A stretch of 64,000 nt of DNA from the human T2T-CHM13v2.0 reference genome, Homo sapiens: NCBI RefSeq assembly GCF_009914755.1, contig NC_060940.1; one strand, 5' to 3'. The notes beneath the pieces were generated by a model, which worked only from the letters and a program-made list of their open reading frames with translations, made no database searches and had not been told where the DNA came from. The translations under genes and the position numbers were made by a program. Shown one piece after another: positions 1 to 16,392 of the stretch; position 1 is the stretch's first letter; every line of letters begins with the position of its first letter.

Positions 1-586
1 GCACCTGGCTCCAGTCTCTTTTTCCAAGGTCTTCTCCTCTGCCCTCTCTTACACGTTAGGGGTCCGCAGGGCCCATCTGGGGCCCTCCCCATCTCCTCTC
101 CTCTTTCCACAGAGTTAATTACAACCTTCACTAAATCTGTACTGGAGTCGCATGGATCAGGAACTGTGTGGTCCACAGCCCAGCACTGTGCTTGGCACAT
201 AGAGCATACTCAATAAACATTTACTAAGTGAATGAATGAATGAATGAATGATGTCTTCTAAATATATCTCCCCAGCTGAGATCTCTTGCCTGAACTCCAG
301 AGTTATACATTCAACTGCAGTTGGGTATGTCTCAGTTTCCACATCTCCCACCCAAACATTTTGCATGTCCTAGCTAGTAGCCATTCCTATCTCGTGTGAC
401 ATATGTTATTATATATTGTATATATTATTAAGTCTTTTATTTCTTATTTCTCACCAGGTCTCCCATATCTCCCCCAAAGAAAGTAGACTCATGGTGGGCA
501 GAGATTTCAGTTTGGTTGGCTCATTGCCTTATCCCAGGGCCTAGAACAGTGCCTGGCACATAGTAGGTGCTCAATAAATACTTCTT

Positions 587-976
<390 letters not shown>

Positions 977-1229
977 TCATCCTCGCCAAACCTCCTCCTT
1001 CTGGTTCCTGGTTTTGATTGCTAAAGCAAGAGAGCGGGTGCTCCTCAATTGACTACCTCCTTCCTCCCTGCAGAACTTCCGGTACTGTGAGTCTGTCCCT
1101 GGGACCCTGCTCTCCAGCTCCTCTGTTCAGCCATGTCAGCCTCCCTATTGTAACCCCTGGGTTTATGCCGGTAGTGTCTTTATCAAACACTCCCCCATGC
1201 CAGGACCAGGACCATCTTTGTGACTGCGT

Positions 1230-1592
1230 CCTTCCCTGCTCCCTGGGGTCCCTAAGATGATTTTAGGTGGCATGTGGGCATAGTGAGCTGAGAAAACAAT
1301 TCCTTTTTCAGTTCTCTTTCTCTTCTCCAGATTAGCCTACCACAGGCTGCAGCATCTAGCTGGAAGTTAATCACTCGGTTTTGGTTTCAATGGGCTTGTT
1401 TTTACAGTTCCCTTCTATTTACAGTAAAGGATCCTGATCTTTCATGTGTGATGGTGACAATGTTTCATTTGACAATAAAGTGATTTAAACAAAGCGAGGA
1501 GGCCAATATGAAGAAAATGTAATGATGGAGAAAAAATGTAAATACGGCAGAAATGACTTGTGTGCATAGGGATGAGAGTTTGGGCAACACTG
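1230..1592. mobile_element. Old hAT-Charlie-like fragment
   Basis: AT-rich interior ending in AGTTTGGGCAACACTG, a Charlie-type terminus. Confidence 0.4.
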
Positions 1593-1959
1593 GCGTACAG
1601 GCCCTGTCCAAACCTCTTTGTACCTGGCCCTGGTTCAAAGTGAGAAGTGAGGCTTCTCATGTCTTCAGACACATGACCTGACCCCTCTAGACACCATCAT
1701 CTGACTACACGCCACCACCCAGCCACAGTTCCCAGCCCACACCATGCAATTTCAACCTCCAAGCCTTTTCTCATGCCTTTCCCTCTGGCAGGCACGCCCC
1801 TCCCTACCACTCTTCCGGACGAACCCGGCTATCCTGCCTGCCCTGTATCTACTCTCCCTTCTTCTGACATCACCACCTGGTGGTCCTTGCCGGGACAGCG
1901 TCTTCCCACTCGCAGTTCCAGAGAACTGATCTAACTGCCAGAGAACTGATCTAACTCCT

Positions 1960-2715
<756 letters not shown>

Positions 2716-2727
2716 TGAAACATAAGC

Positions 2728-3032
<305 letters not shown>

Positions 3033-3408
3033 CATAAGCTTATTTTTTATTGAGATAAAATTTATATGACGTAAAATTCACTATTTCAACCACTTAAAAA
3101 TATATAACTCAGTGGGTTTCAGTGTATTCACAATGTTGTAGTACACACATCTCCACTATGTAATTCCAGAACATTTCCACCATTGCCTCTTCTCTAAAAA
3201 AAAACCAAAATCCTTATCCATATCTGTAGGTCCAAATCGTCCTCCCCTGATTCCCTGGCAACTGCTGTAAAATATCATCTTCTCAGGCCCAGTGGCAGCA
3301 GGCCTTTCCCCGTGAGTCCTCCCCTCGATGGGGGGCAGAATTGTTCTCTCCTTTGTCCTTGGGCCTCTTCGATCACTTATTGTAATCGTCATTTATTGCA
3401 ATTGACTA

Positions 3409-3560
<152 letters not shown>

Positions 3561-3730
3561 ATTTTTTATATTAAATCATGGAATATTTCAAACATACAGA
3601 AAACCTTGTCTCCTGTATGTCTCCTATCATGCCCCTTGATGACAGGGACACAGATTCATTACTTCTTCTGTGCCCCAATCCTCAGCCTAGAGCCCAGCCC
3701 AGATTAAGTGTTCAGTAGAAAAACAAAACA

Positions 3731-4146
<416 letters not shown>

Positions 4147-4964
4147 TCAATGTGTCCATGATGGACAATACTCTTGTCTTTGTGTGTGAAGGGCTGGCAG
4201 GGAGCAGGGGAGGGACTGAACCCATCACTTCCCACACTCTGACATTTCATTAAACCCAGAATTAAATTTACAGTTGTTTCCCATATCTGGGTACCCCCTA
4301 AAATTTCCCCAAGCTGCACCTACTTCAGATGCTTCAAGGTAGCATCGTGGAGAGGAAGGGCAGACCAGTGATCTTGGGCATATTGACTTATTCATAACTT
4401 CCATCTGTCCCAGTGGTCCCATCTGTACAAAGGAGCTAAGAATATTAAATACCCCATAGGATCATCTGAGGATTAAATGAGTGAATACTTGTAAAGCACC
4501 TAGGATGGTGCTGGTTCATTTACAAAATCTGCTCAACAGGATGCTTTTGCTGGAGGAACCCAGTGGTGCATGAGATCACTAAGCTGTTGCACATCCTATT
4601 TCCTCTGCTTGCAAATAACTCTTTTCTACCCCTCACTTGCTGCTTTACTCCCTTCCATTTCAGCTTAGATACTACCTCCTCCAGGAAGTCCTCTAGCTCC
4701 CCAGGCATTGGTTAGTGCCTCTCTTCTGGGCTCCTTAACACCAGTACTTCCCCATCAGCACAGGCAGCAATGGTCTCAGCACCTTCAGGTGCACAGTACC
4801 TGGCACAGGGTAAGTGCTGAGTGAATGAAAGAACAGATCGGAATATGCATCAAAAGATGAACAAGAGGTTTGGGTCTTGTCCCTGGCACTTCTAACTGAG
4901 ACTCCTTACTCTGTTCCAGGCACCAAAGCTCTGGCTCTGTCCTCCTGGTGTCTGTGGGAAGAAA

Positions 4965-5176
4965 CAGTGTGTTGAGTCCAGCTTGCACCAGCTCCTGTGG
5001 TCATCTTTGCCTCCGCAGCCCCTGACATCACCTTGGTAGCCTGAAATTGGCCACAATGAGACTATCTACACCATGCAAAGCAGCAAACACCGTGTTTCAG
5101 GATTTTGCAGCAAACACACATATTGGGTTTTTGGTTTGTTTCCTGTTGTTTTTGTTGGCTTACCAGCACACCACTG
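4965..5176. mobile_element. MER63-type hAT MITE
   Basis: TTGGTAGCCTGAAATTGGCCA core and TTACCAGCACACCACTG terminus. Confidence 0.7.
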
Positions 5177-5213
5177 GTTGTGATTTTAGGGGCCATAAAA
5201 AATGGTTGTTTTG

Positions 5214-5515
5214 AGCTGGGTACAGTGGCTCACTCCTGTAATTCCAGCACTTTGGGAGGCCGAGGCAGGCAGATCACAAAGTCGGGAGATCGTGACCATC
5301 CTGGCTAACACGGTGAAACCCCGTCTCTACTAAAAATACAAAAAAATTAGCCGGGCATGGTGGCGGGTGCCTGTAGTCCCAGCTACTCAGGAGGCTGAGG
5401 CAAGAGAATGGAGTGAACCTGGGAGGCGGAGCTTGCAGTGAGCCGAGATCGCGCCCCTGCACTCCAGCCTGGGCGACAGAGCAAGACTCCGTCTCAATTA
5501 AAAAAAAAAAAAAAA
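5214..5515 (+). mobile_element. AluY-like
   Basis: ACCATCCTGGCTAACACGG, GAGAATGG and GCGGAGCTTGCAG diagnostics. TSD GGTTGTTTTG. Confidence 0.93.
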
Positions 5516-6385
5516 GGTTGTTTTGGTCTCACCAGGGCACACTCTTTTGATGCCAGGTTTTGGACAAGCAGTTCCCTCTTCCTGGCCACTGTGTCCCTTG
5601 CTGGGTCAATCACAGCTCCCTCATGGCCCCTGAGCTTTTATGTAGGACAAGGCCTGTGCTTATTCATCCCCCCTCTCTCCCCAGCATGTGAGCAGCAGCT
5701 GTCTGTAAATGTTTGTTGATTGACTGACAGACAGTTCTTGGTAAATATTTTTGTGAGAGTCTGACCTTTCCCCCATGTGAATGCGGGGAAACCACGGCAA
5801 CCTGAACTTTCAGTAAAGCAGAGCCTCTTTGAGGAAGGGAGTCTTTGCAGAAACTCACCACAGCTGCCTGGAAGCCGAGTCATTGCAGCCCATCCTCCGC
5901 CTGTGTGTGCAGCGTCTTGGAAGATCCAAATGTCTCCGTCCCACAGGTCCCTAAGGTGCAAGATGAGGGTAGGGGGAGGAGGTTGGTGACTTAGGGACAG
6001 GGGCTCTTGATAGGGCGGGAGGTCCTGAGGAGAATGGGGGACTGCTGAGGGACCTGCACACATACAAGCACGTGGAGAGATGTACACATGTCTGCAAATT
6101 GCATGTGCATTTTGTCGCACAGGCCATGGTCTCATCTCAGGGAAGTTGCTGGAGGCTTGAGGTCCTTGGGCCACGAGGGGGGCTGAAAATAATGCTGATC
6201 CCCGTCCCCTACACCCATCCACTCCTGTCAAGGGCCCAGGTTGTGCCATGTGGCTTCTGCAGGGAGGGAGGTTTATATTCATATGTGTGCATGTAAGCAT
6301 GGGGGCTGTGGTGTTTACGGACCCCTAATGCATGAGGCAGATTCAGCTCTGCAACTTATGCATAATAAGCACTCCATAACTATGA

Positions 6386-6688
<303 letters not shown>

Positions 6689-7351
6689 TCTATCTGATTT
6701 GCTCACGCATGCCTCCCCCTCCCCTGGATTACACACTCTGAGAGAGTAGAAACTCGGTTTTCTTCACTTTTATATTCCCAGAACCGGCACAGTGCCTGGC
6801 ACATAGTAGGTGCTCAAGAAATGTTTATATGCAAGTGTGCACACATATATATGTCTGTGCCTATGTGACAATGTGTGTGTACTTGCACATGTGTGAACTT
6901 GTGAGTGGCGGTTCTGCATGCTTTTCACGCAGGCATATTAACAGGGACATGCACACCTGTGTGTAAATGTGCGTGACTCGGGTGAATTCTCGCTGCCTAT
7001 TGACGATGTATGATGAATTTCATGCTACAGGAGAATCTATGTCTTTGTGGTTGGGTTGTATGTGTCCATGAGTGCATGAGCAAGAGCGGGATTTCATATG
7101 CTGATTTGCACATATATGTAAGTGAGATATGTTGATATGTACAGAAGGGGACTTGTGTGGGCATTTGTGAAAAAGATGAGAGTGTCATCGTTAACAGCTC
7201 AAGCTCTGCAGCCAAACTGTCCAGGTTTGAATCCCAGGTTCATGTCTTCTTATCTGTGTGACAATGAACAAGTTACTTAAATTCCCTGTGGCTTGGTTTC
7301 CCCATCTGTGATATGCACTAGTAATAATGCCTGCCTTCTCTTGTTGGGGGG

Positions 7352-7713
7352 TGATATGGTTTGGCTCTGTGTCCCCACCCAAATCTCATCTTGTAGCTCC
7401 CATAATTCCCATGTGTTGTGAGAGGGACCCAGTGGGAGATAATTGAATCATGGGGACAGGTCTTTCCTGTGCTGTTCTCATGATAGTGAATAAGTCTCAT
7501 GACATCTGATGGCTTTAAAAACGGGAGTTTGCCTGCACAAGCTCTCTGCCTGCCTCCATTTACATAAGATGTAACTTGCTCCTCCTTGCCTTTGGCCATG
7601 ATTATGAGGCCTCCCCAGCCATATTGAACTGTTAAGTCTAATTAAACCTTTCTTTTGTAAATTGCCCAGTCTCAGGTATGTCTTTACCAGCAGCGTGAAA
7701 ACAGACTAATACA
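7352..7713 (+). mobile_element. THE1 (MaLR) solo LTR inserted in a MIR
   Basis: TGATATGGTTTGGCTCTGTGTCCCCACCCAAATCTC ... CAGCAGCGTGAAAACAGACTAATACA. Confidence 0.92.
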
Positions 7714-8519
7714 GGAATACAGGGAGACAACAGAAGGCAGACATTATTATTATTACTAGCTCTTATCACAGACGGACAGAGATCAGGATTATTTTCAGCC
7801 CCACATGTGGCCCAAGGACCCTAAGCCTCCAGCAACAACACAGACTTGGAGTTGTTTAGTGGAATAAATAAGATACTAGCATCTGGCACCGAGTAAGTAC
7901 TCAACACCTGCTACTGCTGCTGTTTTCATTTGTGTGTTGTGGGCACCTGTGGTGTGCACATCTGGGTCCTCCAGCATGTCCCCCATCCCAGCCCTAGAGA
8001 GACAAGGACAGTCTCTGATGGGTGCCAAGATTACCATGTGGGTTCCAAGAAGATAACCAAGTCATGGTCTCAGATGACTGGAGGGTGGGGAAGGGGTCTC
8101 TACTCAGCATTGCCCCTTCTTCTTGGGGGACCTCACTGCCCACTCATCAAAGAGGACATAGTCACCTGACTCCATCCTCCCCACCTGGAGAGGCCAGACT
8201 TTTCCAGGCCAGCTCACTGTTTAGGGGAGGCAGAAATGAGAGAATGGGTGGGAAGCTCTCTCCAAGGTAGAAGGTGGTCCCAGCATGTGCCATGGTGAAT
8301 CCATTTGGAGGTGGTTCTAGGTGTGCCCATCAGAGGTCTGTTGGGCTGAGTTCTTTCACAAATGCCCATAAAACTGAAAGAGCCAGGTGCCTTTCAGGGG
8401 CCTAAAAAGAGCTGCAGTACTCAGGAAGAAAATATAGTGCTTCTAAAGGCGCCCAAGGAGATTGGCACCCACAAGAGTGATTAAGGAGAATGCTCCAGGT
8501 CCTTTGAGGTGGTGTCATT

Positions 8520-9800
8520 CAGAGCATTCATTCATCCACTGATTCACTCCAATCACGTTTCTTGAGTCCCAGCACTGTCCTAGGCCCTGGGGGATACAAG
8601 ACTGGCCCCTACCTGCATGGGATTGGGATCAAGTGCATAAGCAACAACAATGCAGTGTGTTCATAACAAGACTCGGAAGCTTGGGCTCAGAGGAGGGACA
8701 ATTGACCCAGACTTGGGCAATCAGGGAAAGCTTCCTGGAGGAGATGACATCTAAGTTAAAATCTGAAGGACTGGAACTAGTTTTCCAACAGATGGCAACA
8801 GAAAGAATGCACCAGGTAGAGGACACGGCCCATGTGGGAGCCAGGAGGAAACAACCCATTCCGGCTGAAGCACATCATGCAAGAAGGGAGGGTGAGGTGA
8901 GAGGCTAATTCAGCCGGAGGGAAAGGCAGAGCTGTGTGAGCCACATGTGAGATTTGAGACTGAAGAGGCCTTGCCATTTGTAGGCCAACCTGACTCAGGG
9001 GGGCAGGGGTGATTCTTTTTCCCAGAGTGAATCCTAAGTGGGGCTGAAGCAGGGCTGACTTTTTAGTGAGCACCTACTGTGTGCAAGGCACTGCCCTAAA
9101 GGGACTGAGGAAGGTTCTGCAGTGAGCAGAACAGAGTCCCTGCTCTCATGAAGTGACACCTAGTGAGGACAGAGAGCCAAAAGATGTGCAGGTGAGCCCA
9201 CAGTGTGACGTCAGAGGGCTTGAGTGCTATGCAGAACAGACAGGCAGGGGAGGGGCCAGGGGAAATTAGCGGGTGGAGAGCTGTTTAGGAGGTGCCAGGA
9301 AAGACCTCACCAAGGAGGTCTGAATAGAGGCTTGAGTGAACTAGGGGAATGAGCCACGCAGATATCTGGAGGGACAGGGAGAAAGAGATTGTTCTAGGAG
9401 GAGGGAGCGGGCTGTGCGAAGGCCCTGGGAAGGGAATGGCGTGAAGGGGGTGCAGCCAGGAGGCCAGAGTCAGAAAACTGGGGGAGAGGAAAGAGACAAA
9501 TTCAGAGGCAATGGGGATCAGCCACGGAGGGCCTTACTGGCCACACACAGGACCTAGGGTTTGTTTGACCAACCATAGGAAGGCTTTGGATGTGGAAGTG
9601 ACTTGATCAGATGATTGTCTCAAAATGATCATTCTGGCTGCAGTTAGAAGGGGATGTTTTTGGTAGGGGAGGCCCTAATTTTCCAATGTCCAGAGCAGGC
9701 GGCGACCACAGCTGTGGATTCTGGGCATGTTTTGAAAGTGGAACCAACAGGAATTCCCAACGGGTGGGATTGGGGTGGTGAGAGAAAGCAAGGAAGCAAG
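8520..9800 (-). mobile_element. L2 fragments
   Basis: CATTCATTCA..., CAGGGAAAGCTTCCTGGAGGAGATGAC, TGAGCACCTACTGTGTGCAAGGCACTG and GATCATTCTGGCTGCAG. Confidence 0.7.
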
Positions 9801-10119
9801 AAAGATCATGCTATTGTCACCATGGGGACCCCGCCCCACACGCCGTTCAGCTCTTTAGCCTCGCTCCAGGTACAGGGGCAATGATTCCCACCTAACCTCT
9901 GCTGTTTGTGGCAGCCTGCTCTTCCAGGCACAGCATCCTCCTAATTATCCTGGGGGCAGGGGTAAGTATTCTCACCACAATTGGCAGGTAGGGGTTGTAG
10001 AGGCTCAGAGAGAGGAAGGATCTTGCCTGGGGTCATGCAGCCCTAGCGGATGAGTTTGGCACTGCCGACATCTTCTGTAGGACTCTGGGTCCAGTGCTCC
10101 TCCCCCTACAACATGAAAT

Positions 10120-10303
10120 CAGAGGTTCTCAACCTGGGGGCAATTTTGCCCTCCAGGGGACACCTTTGGTGGTCACAACTGGGGGAAAGGCATCTAGTGG
10201 GAAGAGGCCAGGGATGCTGGTCACCATCCCACCATGCACAGGATGGCCCCCACCGTAAATGATCCAGCCCAAATGTCAACACTATCAAGGTGGAGAAACC
10301 CTG
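10120..10303. mobile_element. MER20 hAT-Charlie MITE
   Basis: TIRs CAGAGGTTCTCAACC / GGTGGAGAAACCCTG and internal GGCATCTAGTGGGAAGAGGCCAGGGATGCTG. Confidence 0.85.
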
Positions 10304-10934
10304 CCAAATATTCTATTGAAGGGCTGGAGATGCCGTAGCTCGGCAGCCTCCCCCCAGCCCTCCAGGGCCTTCTCAGACACCACTCAATGGGTCTGGGTGC
10401 CCCTCCCTGAAAGGGAAGCCAGCCTGTGCCAAGGTCGCACTGGACAGCCAGCAGCTGTGGTGGCAGTTTCCCCAGCGACAGAGGCCGGTTCCTGGAAAAC
10501 TAAACTTGGTATCCTCTGTGGCTTATCTTCTCCTTTCCAATCAGACCTAGGCACACGGGCCACATACCCTCATCTGCAGACAGTCTCCCAGGACCCTACA
10601 AGTTCCCAGCCCAGTTGGATAGGGACCAAAGGTAGCTTGCTCCCATCACTCCCCTCCTGAGATCCTCTCATGGCTCTGGCCGTCGATGGGGTGGGGTTCT
10701 GCTCCCGCTGCTCTACAGGGAAACTTCTCCAGGCTCTGGCACTGTCTTCGCCAGCAGGCTATGGCCTCGACACTTCCTCCTTGCTCTGGTGTCCCCCTCT
10801 GCCCTCCCCACCCACACCAGGGCCCTCATCATTCCCCGAACAGGCGGGGAAGTCACGCCCTCATGTCTTTGGCTTACCAGAGAACCGACTCCAGGCTTGG
10901 TTGGCCCTCTGCTGTGCTTCCTTCCTCTTTCAGC

Positions 10935-11220
10935 CAATTCTGATCTTTATAATTTTCCTTTCCTTTCTTTTGGGTTTATTTCACTGTCATTTTCTAACTT
11001 CTCGAGAGAGACGTTTGGAACATTAATTTTTAGCTTTTCTTCTTTGCTAATCTGTGACTGTTAAGGCTACAAATTTCCCTCTGAGTACTTTTTTAGCTGC
11101 AACCCACAAGTTTACATGTGGTTGTTTTTTTAAAACCATTCAGTTCAAAATGTTTTCTAATTTTCCATTGCAATTTTTCTCATTGTCTCTTGGGTGATTT
11201 AGAAGCGTATTTCTTGGTTT
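10935..11220 (-). mobile_element. L1M ORF2 fragment
   Basis: TAAGGCTACAAATTTCCCTCTGAGTACTTTTTTAGCTGC. Confidence 0.7.
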
Positions 11221-11448
11221 CCTGTCCACATTTTCAGAACGTTTTGAAATGCACTCTCCTATATTTTCAACACGCTGAACTGTTCTTCATCCTTCCAAGG
11301 CCAGAACAAGTGACCCCTCCTCCATGCAGCCTTCCCTGACACTCCCTCCACACTGTGGCCAGTATCATCAGGGGTCGCTCGTGTCTGCTGTCATAGCACT
11401 TTGTACCAACCACCATTATAGCACTTTAAGGTCACACAGTAATGTATC

Positions 11449-12390
<942 letters not shown>

Positions 12391-12694
12391 AGTACCTCTT
12401 ATACTTAGTACATGCCACTAACTCAAGTGCTTTGCTTTTAGACCTGTGTATCCGCCTTCCCATTGAATTTAAAACCTTTGACAGTGAAAAGAAGATCTGT
12501 TTTGTTAACTGTGAAAATTTTGGAGGTGGCAGGGGAGGGAGAAGATGGGCAATTCCTCCTCTGCCCTAAGACTGTAATCAGCTCACCCCACCGCACCCCC
12601 ACCCCTGAACTTGGAGGCTGGGGCTCAGCCCCAGGGTCCCCTAAGAGAAAGCTTGCAGAGGTGCCCAATCAGCTCAGTGGTTGCTGTAACCCTC

Positions 12695-13230
12695 TGTCTT
12701 AGCTGCTCAGGATGCTATAACACAATGGATGGGTGGTTTGCACAACAGACGTTTATTTCTCACAGTTCTGGAGGCTGGAAAGTCCATGATCAACAAGTTG
12801 GTCCAGGAATAACATTAGGGATCAGAATGCAAAGGAAATTCCTTCGCGCATTTGTGCCAGTCTCTGGTAGGCACATTTTCAGTGCACCACCTGAATTCTC
12901 TGTGCAGCATCTGGAAAACTTTGGTAAACTCCCATCTCCCCAGCTCTGCAGTCAGAAAAGAAAGGCAGCTGAATCCATGCCTGATGAAGGCTCTCTTCCT
13001 GGCTGGCAGACAGCTGCCTTCTTGCTGTGAGGGAGATTGAGGGCAAACTCCCTGGTGTCTCTTCTTATAAGGGCACTAACATTATCAGATCAGGGTCCCA
13101 CCCTTCTGAGCTCATTTCACCTTAATTACTTCCTTAGCGGCCTCATCTCCAAATACAGCCACATTGTGGGTTAAGCCTTCAGCATATGAATTTGGCAGAG
13201 GTTGAAAGCAGCACATTCGGTCCATAATTA
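12695..13230 (-). mobile_element. MLT1A-type solo LTR carrying a ~170-bp foreign insert
   Basis: TTTATTTCTCACAGTTCTGGAGGCTGG ... TCTTATAAGGGCACTAA ... CTCCAAATACAGCCACATTG ... GTCCATAA. Confidence 0.8.
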
Positions 13231-14195
13231 TCTCCCTCCATGGTAAGCCCTCCTATGTCTTTCTAAGAATCAGAGACACACAGACACTCAGCATGAAAGG
13301 AGACTTCATTGCCCTTGGTCCAACCACACACTCAGTTAATCCAACCATACCCCCACAGTGAGGAGTTGTTTACATACCAGGGACAGGGAGCTCACTGTCT
13401 TCTCCAGTTCATCAACTCTGACTATGCTGGTCTGGACCTGCTCATGACCCCCACCCTGAGTCTTCTCTTTCCAAATACTTCTGCTGTCTCATGGTTTTTT
13501 TTACTGTCTCCACACCAGCTGCTCTACCTTCTCGGTTGCCTGTTCTGAATATACATCAATTTGCCAATGTTCTTTAAAAATGAAGGTCCAGAACTGGACG
13601 TAGACTGAAGGTGTGGCCAGTGCAGTGAGAATAGCCTCCCTTGTTCTGGACACCATACCTCTATTAATGCAACCCTAGGGTGCTTCAGGTTCCCCTTGGC
13701 TGTGACACACTCTTGACTTTGGGAAAATCTCGCAAGCATTTTCCATGTGACATGTTGGTTCTGTGGTTCTAATCTTCATATACATGTAATTGAATATCTG
13801 GCTTGAAGTAAAGGACGTCACATGCTTCAGGGGGACCATGGCTCACATCTCTATAGATTTTTTTATACCTTCCCTTCTCTGCACCCTTTTCCCACCATAC
13901 TGATGTTTTGTGATGTCCTTTTTTTTTTCTCTTCAAAATGGAAATAGCTTGGTTATTTTTCCCAGATTCCAGAAGTAAGATATCATTTTAAAAATCAGAT
14001 AATACAGAATAACATAAAAAATTAAAAATAAAAATTCCCACCACCCAGAAATGGGCCTATTAACCCTTGAGGCTAGACGGCCCAGGTTCAAATCTTGACC
14101 CCGCCACTTACTGGCTATGTGCCTGTGGACCAGTTGCTTAGTCTCCTGCACCTGTTTTCTTATGTCTAAAATGGGGATATTAAAAGGTAGTTTGG

Positions 14196-14505
14196 GGCTG
14201 GGCACAGCAGCTCACGCTTGTAATCCCAACACTTTAGGAGGCTGAGGCAGGAGGACCACTTGAACCCAGGAGTTTGAGACCAGCCCTGGCAATATAATGA
14301 GACTTCATTCCTACAAAAAGCTTTTTAAAACTTAACCAGGCGCGGTGGTGCACACCTGTGGTCCCAGCTACTCGGGAGAGTGAAGAGGGAGAATGGCTTG
14401 AGTTTGAGAGGTTTAAGCTGCAGTGATCACACCATGATCACACCATTGCATTCCAGTTTGGGCGACAGAGTGAGACCCTGTCTCAAAAATACAAAATTAA
14501 AATAA
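14196..14505 (+). mobile_element. Alu (J-type) next to a MIR (14060-14190)
   Basis: TSD TAAAAGGT(A/G)GTTT. Confidence 0.9.
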
Positions 14506-14637
14506 AAGGTGGTTTTGATAGCTTATTGCAGATGGCAAGTCCCTTACAACTGTAAACAATTTTGTATTATTGTTATTAATAATTGTGTTGGTTACAGTTC
14601 TGTTTCTCCGGAGAACACTGACTAATACAGATACATC

Positions 14638-14816
14638 TGTTTTAGTCAGCTCAGGCTGCCATAGCAAAATACCATAGACTGTGTGGCTTAGGCAACAGTT
14701 TATTTTCCCACACTTCTGGAGGCTGGTAGTCTAAGTCAAGGTGGTTGATGGTTGTCTTCTGAACAACCTTTCTAGCTTGCAGACAGCCACCTTCTTGTTA
14801 TGTCCTCACATGGCAT
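14638..14816 (-). mobile_element. MLT1A-type LTR fragment (preceded by a short MLT2-like end at ~14592-14630)
   Basis: TTAGTCAGCTCAGGCTGCCATAGCAAAATACCATAGACT ... TGTCCTCACATGGCA. Confidence 0.7.
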
Positions 14817-14994
14817 AGCTACAGAGTATTCTGTTTCACAGATGTTTTATAAATTATTCATCCAACCCTCTCTTCATGATTTATTTCAACCTAGTCAGTA
14901 CTTTATACACACAGCATACCTGGTTATTTCTTGCTTCACCAGTTTGGGTACACAGATAAGCCTCTTCATCCTTTTGATAGTCACTCAATCCCCT

Positions 14995-15415
14995 TGTATG
15001 GTTAGAAGTTCCAACTTCTAATAGAGACCAACCACAGTGGCTTAAACACTTAAGAGCTAATTCCTTTATGGAACGAGAAGTCTAGAGACAAATGATTGCT
15101 GACATTTGTTCATGACCCATGATATCAGGGCCAAGTTCTCTGTGATTATCCTATTCTTTTTCTTTAGTTCTAAATGGCTGCTTGAGCTCCAGCCATCACG
15201 TGTACACTTTAGGCAGGAGAAAGGAGGAAGGGGAATACTGGAAGGGCCACAGAGTGCTTCCAGAAGGTCCATGTGAACACTCCCATCACTAGCTGCAAGG
15301 GAAACTGGAAAGTGGTCTATTAGCTGGGTCTGTTGCCATCCAGAATTACACTATGGTCCTGATATGAGAAAGAAGGACAAGATGGAAGCTGGGACACAAT
15401 TAATTGTCCCTATCA
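14995..15415 (-). mobile_element. Old MLT1 (I/J-like) LTR
   Basis: CAGTGGCTTAAAC, GAGCTCCAGCCATCAC and CTAGCTGCAAGGGAAACTGGAAA motifs. Confidence 0.55.
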
Positions 15416-15422
15416 TGGTCCC

Positions 15423-15878
15423 TGTAGCAGATGTTGAAGCCTTACCCTTAACTTCTCAGCTTTATACACCAAAGCATTTGTACTGCAAACACCTGCAACT
15501 CCCTGCGTGAGGGTTCATTTTTGGCAACAGGTGCATGCAATCGGCAAGCTGGAAGTGTCAGAGAGTCGTGGCCCTGGAAGCAGCCCTCAACTAACAACAA
15601 ATGAAGTCCTGGAAAAGAAATATCCCAGATTTCTTGTTTCTCCTTTGGGACAAGTTGGAGACATGTTCTATATTGTCTCCCAGAGAGGTACCCAGTGGGA
15701 TTCAGCTCCAGTTGCCAACAGCAGTGGCCTTCTCCTTAAAGCGCCCTTTACTGGCTTCCTCGCTTTGCCTGCCCCACTTCTCCATTCCCCTGTGTTTCCT
15801 AGGATTATTTCCCAAATCTATGACTTATCCTTAAATCCTTGTCTTAGAATTTGCCTCTGGGGGAACCCAACCAAGACA
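15423..15878 (+). mobile_element. LTR16-type ERVL solo LTR
   Basis: TGTAGCAGATG start, CAGCCCTCAACTAA, and CTCTGGGGGAACCCAACCAAGACA end. Confidence 0.75.
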
Positions 15879-16392
15879 CAACTCATGTGCCAAACAGCAA
15901 GTGATGTGATCAATGGCTAGGGCAGTCTGATCAGCCCATTAGAGATCCTAATTTTGGAAAGAAATTTACAAAATTCTTAGTCTTATCATCTGCTTAAATG
16001 ATACCCCTATTAGTCCAGAGCCTAATACAAACCAAGATGAGCTTTTAAGGCAGGATAAACATATTCTTTCTGTGTTACTCATAACTGAGGGCACTATTTA
16101 TTAGTTTTTTCTTTATATTCAGCCATCGCTCTTAAAATAAACCTGCTGTCTCAGGGTAACTGAGTGAAAAGGGGGTTCCCAGTTTCAGCCACATGTTGCG
16201 CACAATCCAGCCCTCTAGACGTCTCCTTCCTTTGTGGTTTGCTCCCCATGAAACATCCCCTGCCCTTTCTTGGCTGTGGCTCTCAGCAGACCATCTGGTC
16301 CATTACAGGAACCCCACAATGTTGGACCTCAGAAAGGAATGCATCAGTTAATACCACTGAACTTACACTTAAAATTGGATAAGATGGTACAT

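Noticed and set aside
5638-6300. 220-aa minus-strand ORF
   Set aside because: No recognisable family or splice structure; ends in L2-like sequence.
7605-7625. PRDM9 hotspot motif in the THE1 LTRs (also ~16485-16500)
   Set aside because: They read CCTCCCCAGCCA(T/C), lacking the T of the hotspot-associated CCTCCCTAGCCAC.
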